Shown piece by piece: positions 39,401 to 53,049 of a stretch of DNA of 64,000 nucleotides. The DNA is taken from positions 4,774,001-4,838,000 of the forward strand of contig OZ024742.1 of assembly GCA_964016885.1 (NCBI GenBank), in the 5' to 3' direction. Position 1 is the stretch's first letter. Every line of letters begins with the position of its first letter. Made by a program: the position numbers and the translations under genes. Origin of the DNA: Eledone cirrhosa (lineage: Eukaryota). The notes beneath the pieces are model-generated. The model did not search any database. It saw only the letters and a list, made by a program, of their open reading frames with translations, and was not told the origin of the DNA.

Positions 39401-42040
39401 TGTGCTATAGTGGTTTGATATCTCTGTAGTTAGACTACATATAGTAATGTGCTATAGTGGTATGATATCTCTGTAGTTAGACTACATGTAGTAATGTGCT
39501 ATAGTGGTTTGATATCTCTGTAGTTAGACTACATGTTGTAATGTGCTAGAGTGGTTTGATATCTCTCTAGTTAGACTACATATAGTAATGTGCTATAGTG
39601 GCCTGATATCTCTGTAGTTAGACTACATATAGTAATCTGCTATAGTGGTATGATATCTCTGTAGTTAGACTACAGATAATAATGTGCTAGAGTGGTTTGA
39701 TATCTCTGTAGTTAGACAACATATAGTAATGTGCTATAGTGGTATGATATCTCTGTAGTTAGACTACATATAGTAATGTGCTATAGTGGTTTGATATCTC
39801 TGTGGTTAGACTACATATCCTAATGTGCTATAGTGGTCGGATATCTCTGTAGTTAGACAACATATAGTAATGTGCTATAGTGGTCTGATATCTCTGTAGT
39901 TAGACAACATATAGTAACGTGCTATAGTGGCCTGATATCTCTGTAGTTAGACTACATATAGTAACGTGCTATAGTGGTTTGATATCTCTGTAGTTAGACT
40001 ACATATAGTAATGTGCTCTAGTGGTATGATATCTCTGTAGTTAGACTACATATAGTAATGTGCTATAGTGGTTTGATATCTCTGTAGTTAGACTACATAT
40101 AGTAATGTGCTATAGTGGTATGATATCTCAGTAGTTAGACTACATATAGTAATGTGCTATAGTGGTTTGATATCTCTGTAGTTAGACTACATATAGTAAT
40201 GTGCTAGAGTGGTTTGATATCTCTGTAGTTAGACAACATATAGTAATGTGCTATAGTGGTCTGATATCTCTGTAGTTAGCCTACATATAATAATGTGCTA
40301 GAGTGGTTTGATATCTCTGTATTTAGAAAACATAAAGTAATGTGCTATAGTGGTTTGATATCTCTCTGGTTAGACTACATATCCTAATGTGCTATAGTGG
40401 TCTGATATCTCTGTAGTTAGACAACATATAGCAATGTGGTATAGTGGCCTGATATCTCTGTAGTTAGACTACATACAGTAATGTGCTATAGTGGTCTGAT
40501 TTCTCTGTAGTTAGACAACATATAGTAATGTGCTATAGTGGCCTGATATGTCTGTAGTTAGACTACATATAGTAATGTGCTATAGTGGTCTGATATCTCT
40601 GTAGTTAGACAACATATAGTAATGTGCTATAGTGGTTTGATATCTCTGTAGTTAGACAACATATAGTAATGTGCTATAGTGGCCTGATATCTCTGTAGTT
40701 AGACTACATATAGTAATGTGCTATAGTGGTCTGATATCTCTGTAGTTAGACAACATATAGTAATGTGCTATAGTTGTTTGATATTTCCATAGTTAGACTA
40801 CATATAGTAATGTGCTATAGTGGTTTGATATCTCTGTAGTTAGACTACATATAGTAATGTGCTATAGTGGTTTGATATCTCTGTAGTTAGACTACATATA
40901 GTAATGTGCTATAGTGGTATGATATCTCTGTAGTTAGACTACATATAGTAATGTGCTATAGTGGTTTGATATCTCTGTAGTTAGACTACATATAGTAATG
41001 TGCTATAGTGGTATGATATCTCTGTAGTTAGACTACATGTAGTAATGTGCTATAGTGGTCTGATATCTCTGTAGTTAGACAACATATAGTAATGTGCTAT
41101 AGTGGTCTGATATCTCTGTAGTTAGACAACATATAGTAACGTGCTATAGTGGCCTGATATCACTGTAGTTAGACTACATATAGTAACGTGCTATAGTGGT
41201 TTGATATCTCTGTAGTTAGAGTACATATAGTAATGTGCTCTAGTGGTATGATATCTCTGTAGTTAGACTACATATAGTAATGTGCTATAGTGGTTTGATA
41301 TCTCTGTAGTTAGACTACATATAGTAATGTGCTATAGTGGTATGATATCTCAGTAGTTAGACTACATATAGTAATGTGCTATAGTGGTTTGATATCTCTG
41401 TAGTTAGACTACATATAGTAATGTGCTAGAGTGGTTTGATATCTCTGTAGTTAGACAACATATAGTAATGTGCTATAGTGGTCTGATATCTCTGTAGTTA
41501 GCCTACATATAATAATGTGCTAGAGTGGTTTGATATCTCTGTATTTAGAAAACATAAAGTAATGTGCTATAGTGGTTTGATATCTCTCTGGTTAGACTAC
41601 ATATCCTAATGTGCTATAGTGGTCTGATATCTCTGTAGTTAGACAACATATAGTAATGTGCTATAGTGGTCTGATATCTCTGTAGTTAGACAACATATAG
41701 TAACGTGCTATAGTGGCCTGATATCTCTGTAGTTAGACTACATATAGTAATGTGCTATAGTGGTTTGATATCTCTGTAGTTAGACTACATATAGTAATGT
41801 GCTATAGTCGTATGATATCTCTGTAGTTAGACAACATATAGTAATGTTCTATAGTGGCCTGATATCTCTGTAGTTAGACTACATATAGTAATGTGCTATA
41901 GTGGTCTGACTTCTCTGAAGTTAGACTACATATAGTAATGTGCTATAGTGGTTTGATATCTCTGTAGTTAGACTACATAGAGTAATGTGCTATAGTGGTT
42001 TGATATCTCTGTAGTTAGACTACATATAGTAATGTGCTAT
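34700..42040. repeat. Tandem duplication of 78 monomers (3666 bp), 2 nearly identical copies
   Basis: TTTCCATAG at 37121/40787, AGAGTACAT at 37555/41221, GGTCGGAT at 36173/39839 and AGATAAT at 36008/39674 all have an offset of 3666 (78x47). Confidence 0.92.
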
Positions 42041-45000
42041 AGTTGTCTGATATCTCTGTAGTTAGACAACATATAGTAATGTGCTATAGTGGTCTGATAT
42101 CTCAGTAGTTAGACTACATATAGTAATGTGCTATAGTTGTTTGATATCTCTATAGTTAGACTACATATAGTAATGTGCTATAGTGGTCTGATATCTCTGT
42201 AGTTAGACAACATATAGTAATGTGCTATAGTGGCCTTATATCTTTGTAGTTAGACAACATATAGTAATGTGCTATAGTTGTTTGATATCACTGTAGTTAG
42301 ACTACATATAGTAATGTGCTATAGTGGTCTGATATCTCTGTAGTTAGACAACATATAGTAATGTGCTATAGTGGCCTGATAACTCTGTAGTTAGACAACA
42401 TATAGTAATGTGCTATAGTTGTTTGATATCTCTGTAGTTAGACTACATATAGTAATGTGCTATAGTGGTTTGATATCTCTGTAGTTAGACTACATATATT
42501 AATGTGCTATAGTGGTATGATATCTCTGTAGTTAGACTACAGATAGTAATGTGCTATAGTGGTTTGATATCTCTGTAGTTAGATAACATATAGTAATGTG
42601 CTATAGTGGTCTGATTTCTTTGTAGTTAGACAACATATAGTAATGTTCTATAGTGGCCTGATATCTCTGTAGTTAGACTACATATAGTAATGTGCTATAG
42701 TGGTCTGACTTCTCTGAAGTTAGACTACATATAGTAATGTGCTATAGTGGCCTGATATCTCTCTAGTTAGACTACATATAGTAATGTGCTATAGTGGCCT
42801 GATATCTCTGTAGTTAGACAACATATAGTAATGTGCTATAGTGGTTTGATATTTCTGTAGTTATACAACATATAGTAATGTGCTATAATTGCCTGATATC
42901 TCTGCAATTAGACAACATATAGTAATGTGCTATAGTGGTCTGTTATTTCTCTGTAGTTAGACAAAATATAGAAATGTGCTATAGTGGTCTGATATCTCTC
43001 TAGTTAGACTACATATAGTAATACGCTATAGTGGTTTGATATCTCTGTAGTTAGACAACATATAGTAATGTGCTATAGTGGTTTGATATCTCTGTAGTTA
43101 GACTACATATAGTAATGTGCTATAGTGGTATGATATCTCTGTAGTTAGACAACATATAGTAATGTGCTATAGTGGCCTGATATCTCTGTAGTTAGACAAC
43201 ATATAGCAATGTGGTATAGTGGCCTGATATCTCTGTAGTTAGACTACATATAGTAATGTGCTATAGTGGTCTGATATCTCTGTAGTTAGACAACATATAG
43301 TAATGTGCTATAGTGGTTTGATATCTCTGTAGTTAGACAACATATAGTAATGTGCTATAGTGGCCTGATATCTCTGTAGTTAGACTACATATAGTAATGT
43401 GCTATAGTGGTCTGATATCTCTGTAGTTAGACAACATATAGTAATGTGCTATAGTTGTTTGATATTTCTATAGTTAGACTACATATAGTAATGTGCTATA
43501 GTGGTTTGATATCTCTGTAGTTAGACTACATATAGTAATGTGCTATAGTGGTTTGATATCTCTGTAGTTAGACTACATATAGTAATGTGCTATAGTGGTA
43601 TGATATCTCTGTAGTTAGACTACATATAGTCATGTGCTATAGTGGTTTGATATCTCTGTAGTTAGACTACATATAGTAATGTGGTATATTGGTATGATAT
43701 CTCTGTAGTTAGACTACATATAGTAATGTGCTATAGTGGTTTGATATCTCTGTAGTTAGACTACATGTTGTAATGTGCTAGAGTTGGTTGATATCTCTCT
43801 AGTTAGACTACATATAGTAATGTACTATAGTGGCCTGATATCTCTGTAGTTAGACTACATATAGTAATCTGCTATAGTGGTCTGATATCTCTGTAGTTAG
43901 ACTACATATAATAATGTGCTAGAGTGGTTTGATATCTCTGTAGTTAGACAACATATAGTAATGTGCTATAGTGGTATGATATCTCTGTAGTTAGACTACA
44001 TATAGTAATGTGCTATAGTGGTTTGATATCTCTGTAGTTAGACTACATATAGTAATGTGCTATAGTGGTATGATATCTCTGTAGTTAGACAACATATAGT
44101 AATGTGCTATAGTGGCCTGATATCTCTGTAGTTAGACTACATATAGTAATGTGCTATAGTGGTCTGATAGCTCTGTAGTTAGACAACAAATAGTAATGTG
44201 CTATAGTGGTCTGATTTCTCTGTAGTTAGACAACATATAGCAATGTGGTATAGTGGCCTGATATCTCTGTAGTTAGACTACATATAGTAATGTGCTATAG
44301 TGGTCTGATATCTCTGTAGTTAGACAACATATAGTAATGTGCTATAGTGGTTTGATATCTCTGTAGTTAGACAACATATAGTAATGTGCTATAGTGGCCT
44401 GATATCTCTGTAGTTAGACTACATATAGTAATGTGCTATAGTGGTATGATATCTCTGTAGTTAGACTACATATAGTCATGTGCTATAGTGGTTTGATATC
44501 TCTGTAGTTAGACTACATATAGTAATGTGGTATAGTGGTATGATATCTCTGTAGTTAGACTACATATAGTAATGTGCTATAGTGGTTTGATATCTCTGTA
44601 GTTAAACTACATGTTGTAATGTGCTAGAGTGGGTTGATATCTCTCTAGTTAGACTACATATAGTAATGTACTATAGTGGCCTGATATCTCTGTAGTTAGA
44701 CTACATATAGTAATCTGCTATAGTGGTCTGATATCTCTGTAGTTAGACTACATATAATAATGTGCTATAGTGGTTTGATATCTCTGTAGTTAGACTACAT
44801 ATAGTAATGTGCTATAGTGGTATGATATCTCTGTAGTTAGACAACATATAGTAACGTGCTATAGTGGCCTGATATCTCTGTATTTAGACTACATATAGTA
44901 ACGTGCTATAGTGGTTTGATATCTCTGTAGTTAGACTACATATAGTAATGTGCTCTAGTGGTATGATATCTCTGTAGTTAGACTACATATAGTAATGTGC

Positions 45001-48000
45001 TAGAGTGGTTTGATATCTCTGTAGTTAGACAACATATAGTAATGTGCTTTAGTGGTCTGATATCTCTGTAGTTAGCCTACATATAATAATGTGCTAGAGT
45101 GGTTTGATATCTCTGTATTTAGAAAACATAAATTAATGTGCTATAGTGGTTTGATATCTCTCTGGTTAGACTACATATCCTAATGTGCTATAGTGGTCTG
45201 ATATCTCTGTATTTAGACAACATATAGTAATGTGCTATAGTGGTCTGATATCTCTGTAGTTAGACAACATATAGTAACGTGCTATAGTGGCCTGATATCT
45301 CTGTAGTTAGACTACATATAGTAATGTGCTATAGTGGTTTGATATCTCTGTACTTAGACTACATATAGTAATGTGCTATAGTGGTCTGATATCTCTGTAG
45401 TTAGACAACATATAGTAATGTGCTATAGTGGTCTGATATCTCAGTAGTTAGACTACATATAGTAATGTGCTATAGTTGTTTGATATCTCTATAGTTAGAC
45501 TACATATAGTAATGTGCTATAGTGGTCTGATATCTCTGTAGTTAGACAACATATAGTAATGTGCTATAGTGGCCTTATATCTTTGTAGTTAGACAACATA
45601 TAGTAATGTGCTATAGTTGTTTGATATCACTGTAGTTAGACTACATATAGTAATGTGCTATAGTGGTCTGATATCTCTGTAGTTAGACAACATATAGTAA
45701 TGTTCTATAGTGGCCTGATAACTCTGTAGTTAGACAACATATAGTAATGTGCTATAGTTGTTTGATATCTCTGTAGTTAGACTACATATAGTAATATGCT
45801 ATAATGGTTTGATATCTCTGTAGTTAGACTACATATATTAATGTGCTATAATGGTATGATATCTCTGTAGTTAGACAACATATAGTAATGTGCTATAGTA
45901 GTTTGATATCTCTGTAGTTAGACAACATATAGTAAAGTGCTATAGTGGCCTGATATCTCTGTAGTTAGACTACATATAGTAATGTGCTATAGTGGTCTGA
46001 TATCTCTGTAGTTAGACAACATATAGTAATGTGCTATAGTGGTCTGATTTCTTTGTAGTTAGACAACATATAGTAATGTGCTATAGTGGCCTGATATCTC
46101 TGTAGTTAGACTACATATAGTAATGTGCTATAGTGGTCTGATATCTCTCTAGTTAGACTACATATAGTAATGTGCTATAGTGGCCTGATATCTCTGTAGT
46201 TAGACAACATATAGTAATGTGCTATAGTGGTTTGATATTTCTGTAGTTAGACAACATATAGTAATGTGCTATAATTGCCTGATATCTCTGCAATTAGACA
46301 ACATATAGTAATGTGCTATAGTGGTCTGTTATTTCTCTGTAGTTAGACAAAATATAGAAATGTGCTATAGTGGTCTGATATCTCTCTAGTTAGACTACAT
46401 ATAGTAATACGCTATAGTGGTTTGATATCTCTGTAGTTAGACAACATATAGTAATGTGCTATAGTGGTTTGATATCTCTGTAGTTAGACTACATATAGTA
46501 ATGTGATATAGTGGTATGATATCTCTGTAGTTAGACAACATATAGTAATGTGCTATAGTGGTTTGATATCTCTGTAGTTAGACAACATATAGTAATGTGC
46601 TATAGTGGCCTGATATCTCTGTAGTTAGACTACATATAGTAATGTGCTATAGTGGCCTGATATCTCTGCAAATAGACAACATATAGTAATGTGCTATAGT
46701 GGTCTGTTATTTCTCTGTAGTTAGACAAAATATAGAAATGTGCTATAGTGGTCTGATATCTCTCCAGTTAGACTACATATAGTAATACGCTATAGTGGTT
46801 TGTATCTCTGTAGTTAGACAACATATAGTAATGTGCTATAGTGGTCTGATATCTCTGTAGTTAGACAACATATAGTAATGTGCTATAGTGGTCTGATTTC
46901 TCTGTAGTTAGACAACATATAGTAATGTGGTATAGTGGCCTGATATCTCTGTAGTTAGACTACATACAGTAATGTGCTATAGTGGTCTGATTTCTCTGTA
47001 GTTAAACAACATATAGTAATGTGCTATAGTGGCCTGATATGTCTGTAGTTAGACAACATATAGTAATGTGCTATAGTGGCCTTATATCTTTGTAGTTAGA
47101 CAACATATAGTAATGTGCTATAGTTGTTTGATATCTCTGTAGTTAGACTACATATAGTAATGTGCTATAGTGGTTTGATATCTCTGTAGTTAGACTACAT
47201 ATAGTAATGTGCTATAGTGGTTTGATATCTCTGTAGTTAGACTACATATAATAATGTGCTATACTGGTATGATATCTCTGTAGTTAGACAACATATAGTA
47301 ATGTGGTATAGTGGTTTGATATCTCTGTAGTTAGACAACATATAGTAATGTGCTATAGTGGCCTGATATCTCTGCAATTAGACAACATATAGTAATGTGC
47401 TATAGTGGTCTGATATCTCTCTAGTTAGACTACATATAGTAATACGCTATACTGGTTTGATATCTCTGTAGTTAGACTACATATAGTAATGTGCTATAGG
47501 GGTCTGATATCTCTGTAGTTAGACAACATATAGTAATGTGCTATAGTGGTCTGATTTCTCTGTAGTTAGACAACATATAGTAATGTGCTATAGTGGTTTG
47601 ATATCTCTGTAGTTAGACAACATATAGTAATGTGCTATAGTGGCCTGATATCTCTGTAGTTAGACAACATATAGTAATGTGCTATAGTGGTCTGATAGCT
47701 CTGTAGTTAGACAACATATAGTAATGTGCTATAGTTCTTTGATATTTCTATAGTTAGACTACATATAGTAATGTGCTATAGTGGTTTGATATCTCTGTAG
47801 TTAGATTACATATATTAATGTGCTATAGTGGTTTGATATCTCTGTAGTTAGACTACATATAGTAATGTGCTATAGTGGTATGATATCTCTGTAGTTAGAC
47901 TACATATAGTAATGTGCTATAGTGGTTTGATGTCTCTGTAGTTAGACTACATATAGTAATGTGCTATAGTGGTATGATATCTCTGTAGTTAGACTACATA

Positions 48001-51000
48001 TAGTAATGTGCTAGAGTGGTTTGATATCTCTGTAGTTAGACAAGATATAGTAATGTGCTATAGTGGTCTGATATCTCTGTAGTTAGACTACATATAATAA
48101 TGTGCTAGAGTGGTTTGATATGTCTGTAGTTAGAAAACATAAAGTAATGTGCTATAGTGGTTTGATATCTCTGTAGTTAGACTACATATAGTAATGTGCT
48201 ATAGTGGTATGATATCTCTGTAGTTAGACTACATATAGTAATGTGCTATAGTGGTTTCATATCTCTGTACTTAGACTACATATAGTAATGTGCTATAGTG
48301 GTTTGATATCTCTCTGGTTAGACTACATATCCTAATGTGCTATAGTGTTTTGATATCTCTGTAGTTAGACTACATATAGTAATGTGCTATAGTGGTTTGA
48401 TATCTCTGTAGTTAGACTACATATAGTAATGTGCTATAGTCGTATGATATCGCTGTAGTTACACTACATATAGTAATGTGCTATAGTGGTTTGATATCTC
48501 TGTAGTTAGACTACATATAGTAATGTGCTAGAGTGGTTTGATATCTCTGTAGTTAGACAACATATAGTAATGTGCTATAGTGGTCTGATATCTCTGTAGT
48601 TAGACTACATATAATGATGTGCTAGAGTGGTTTGATATCTCTGTAGTTAGAAAAAATAAAGTAATGTGCTATAGTGGTTTGATATCTCGCTGGTTAGACT
48701 ACATATCCTAATGTGCTATAGTGGTCTGATATCTCTGTAGTTAGACAACATATAGTAATGTGCTATAGTGGTCTGATATCTCTGTAGTTAGACATCATAT
48801 AGTAATGTGCTATAGTGACCTGATATCTCAGTAGTTAGACTACATATAGTAATGTGCTATAGTTGTTTGATATCTCTATAGTTAGACTACATATAGTAAT
48901 GTGCTATAGTGGTCTGATATCTCTGTAGTTAGACAACATATAGTAATGTGCTATAGTGGCCTTATATCTTTGTAGTTAGACAACATATAGTAATGTGCTA
49001 TAGTGATTTGATATCACTGTAGTTAGACTACATATAGTAATGTGCTATAGTGGTCTGATATCTCTGTAGTTAGACAACATATAGTAATGTGATATAGTGG
49101 CCTGATAACTCTGTAGTTAGACACCATATTGTAATGTGCTATAGTTGTTTGATATCTCTGTAGTTAGACTACATATAGTAATGTGCTATAGTGGTTTGAT
49201 ATCTCTGTAGTTAGACTACATATAGTAATGTGCTATAGTGGTTTGATATCTCTGTAGTTAGACTACATATAATAATGTGCTATACTGGTATGATATCTCT
49301 GTAGTTAGACAACATATAGTAATGTGCTATAGTGGTTTGATATCTCTGTAGTTAGACAATATATTGTAGTGTGCTATAGTGGCCTGATATCTCTGCAATT
49401 AGACAACATATAGTAATGTGCTATAGTGGTCTGTTATTTCTCTGTAGTTAGACAAAATATAGAAATGTGCTATAGTGGTCTGATATCTCTCTAGTTAGAC
49501 TACATATAGTAATACGCTATAGTGGTTTGATATCTCTGTAGTTAGACTACATATAGTAATGTGCTATAGTGGTTTGATATCTCTGTAGTTAGACTACGTA
49601 TAGTAATATGCTATAGTGGTATGATATCTCTGTAGTTAGACAACATATAGTAATGTGCTATAGTGGTTTGATATCTCTGTAGTTAGACAAAATAGAGTAA
49701 TGTGCTATAGTGGCCTGATATCTCTGTAGTTAGACTACATATAGTAATGTGCTATAGTGGTCTGATATCTCTGTAGTTAGACAACATATAGTAATGTGTT
49801 ATAGTGGTCTGATTTCTCTGTAGTTAGACAACATATAGTAATGTGCTATAGTGGTCTTATTTCTCTGTAGTTAGACAACATATAGTAATGTGCTATAGTG
49901 GTCATATTTCTCTGTAGTAAGACAACATATAGTAATGTGCTATAGTGGCCTGATATCTCTGTAGTTAGACTACATATAGTAATGTGCTATAGTGGCCTGA
50001 TATCTCTGTAGTTAGACTACATATAGTAATGTGCTATAGTGGTCTGATATCTCTGTAGTTAGACAACATATAGTAATGTGCTATAGTGGTCTGATTTCTC
50101 TGTAGTTAGACAACATATAGTAATGTGCTATAGTGGTTTGATATCTCTGTAGTTAGACAACATATAGTAATGTGCTATAGTGGCCTGATATCTCTGTAGT
50201 TAGACTACATATAATAATGTGCTATAGTGGTCTGATAGCTCTGTAGTTAGACAACATATAGTAATGTGCTATAGTGGTCTGATTTCTCTGTAGTTAGACA
50301 ACATATAGTAATGTGGTATAGTGGCCTGATATCTCTGTAGTTAGACTACATTCAGTAATGTGCTATAGTGGTCTGATTTCTCTGTAGTTAGACAACATAT
50401 AGTAATGTGCTATAGTGGCTTGATATGTCTGTAGTTAGACTACATATAGTAATGTGCTATAGTGGTCTGATATCTCTGTAGTTAGACAACATATTGTAAT
50501 GTGCTATAGTGGTTTGATATCTCTGTAGTTAGACAACATATAGTAATGTGCTATAGTGGCCTGATATCTCTGTAGTTAGGCTACATATAGTAATGTGCTA
50601 TAGTGGTCTGATATCTCTGTAGTTAGACAACATATTGTAATGTGCTATAGTTGTTTGATATTTCTATAGTTAGACTACATATAGTAATGTGCTATAGTGG
50701 TTTGATATCTCTGTAGTTAGACTACATATAGTAAGGTGCTATAGTGGTTTGATATCTCTGTAGTTAGACTACATATAGTAATGTGCTATAGTGGTTTGAT
50801 ATCTCTGTAGTTAGACTACATATAGTAATGTGCTATAGTGGTATGATATCTCTGTAGTTAAACTACATATAGTAATGTGCTATAGTGGTTTGATATCTCT
50901 GTAGTTAGACTACATATAGTAATGTGCTATAGTGGTTTGATATCTCTCTGGTTAGACTACATATCCTAATGTGCTATAGTGGTCTGATATCTCTGTAGTT

Positions 51001-53049
51001 AGACAACATATAGTAATGTGCTATAGTGGTCTGATATCTCAGTAGTTAGACAACATATAGTAACGTGCTATAGTGGCCTGATATCTCTGTAGTTAGACTA
51101 CATATAGTAACGTGCTATAGTGGTTTGATATCTCTGTAGTTAGACTACATATAGTAATGTGCTCTAGTGGTATGATATCTCTGTAGTTAGACTACATATA
51201 GTAATGTGCTATAGTGGTTTGATATCTCTGTAGTTAGACTACATATAGTAATGTGCTATAGTGGTATGATATCTCAGTAGTTAGACTACATATAGTAATG
51301 TGCTATAGTGGTTTGATATCTCTGTAGTTAGACTACATATAGTAATGTGCTAGAGTGGTTTGATATCTCTGTAGTAAGACAACATATAGTAATGTGCTAG
51401 AGTGGTCTGATATCTCTGTAGTTAGCCTACATATAATAATGTGCTAGTGTGGTTTGATATCTCTGTATTTAGAAAACATAAAGTAATGTGCTATAGTGGT
51501 TTGATATCTCTCTGGTTAGACTACATATCCTAATGTGCTATAGTGGTCTGATATCTCTGTAGTTAGACAACATATAGTAATGTGCTATAGTGGTCTGATA
51601 TCTCTGTAGTTAGACAACATATAGTAACGTGCTATAGTGGCCTGATATCTCTGTAGTTAGACTACATATAGTAATGTGCTATAGTGGTTTGATATCTCTG
51701 TAGTTAGACTACATATAGTAATGTGCTATAGTCGTATGATATCTCTGTAGTTAGACTACATAGAGTAATGTGCTATAGTGGTCTGATATCTCTGTAGTTA
51801 GAGAACATAGAGTAATGTGCTATAGTGGTCTGATGTCTCTGTAGTTAGACAACATATAGTAACGTGCTATAGTGGCCTGATATCTCTGTAGTTAGACTAC
51901 ATATAGTAATGTGCTATAGTTGTCTGATATCTCTGTAGTTAGACAACATATAGTAATGTGCTATAGTGGTCTGATATCTCTGTAGTTAGACAACATATAG
52001 TAATGTGCTATAGTGGCCTGATATCTCAGTAGTTAGACTACATATAGTAATGTGCTATAGTTGTTTGATATCTCTATAGTTAGACTACATATAGTAATGT
52101 GCTATAGTGGTCTGATATCTCTGTAGTTAGACAACATATAGTAATGTGCTATAGTGGCCTTATATCTTTGTAGTTAGACAACATATAGTAATGTGCTATA
52201 GTGGTTTGATATCACTGTAGTTAGACTACATATAGTAATGTGCTATAGTGGTCTGATATCTCTGTAGTTAGACAACATATAGTAATGTGCTATAGTGGAC
52301 TGATAACTCTGTAGTTAGACAACATATAGTAATGTGCTATAGTTGTTTGATATCTCTGTAGTTAGACTACATATAGTAATGTGCTATAGTGGTTTGATAT
52401 CTCTGTAGTTAGACTACATATAGTAATGTGCTATAGTGGTCTGATATCTCTGTAGTTAGACAACACATAGTAATGTGCTATAGTGGCCTTATATCTTTGT
52501 AGTTAGACAACATATAGTAATGTGCTATAGTGGTTTGATATCACTGTAGTTAGACTACATATAGTAATGTGCTATAGTGGTCTGATATCTCTGTAGTTAG
52601 ACAACATATAGTAATGTGCTATAGTGGTCTGATATCTCTGTAGTTAGACAACATATATTAATGTGCTATAGTGGCCTGATAACTCTGTAGTTAGACAACA
52701 TATAGTAATGTGCTATAGTTGTTTGATATCTCTGTAGTTAGACTACATATAGTAATGTGCTATAGTGGTTTGATATCTCTGTAGTTAGACTACATATAGT
52801 AATGTGCTATAGTGGTTTGATATCTCTGTAGTTAGACTACATATAATAATGTGCTATACTGGTATGATATCTCTGTAGTTAGACTACATATAGTAATACG
52901 CTATAGTGGTTTGTATCTCTGTAGTTAGACAACATATAGTAATGTGCTATAGTGGTCTGATATCTCTGTAGTTAGCCTACATATAATAAAAGTGCTAGAG
53001 TGGTTTGATATCTTTGTATTTAGAAAACATAAAGTAATGTGCTATAGTG

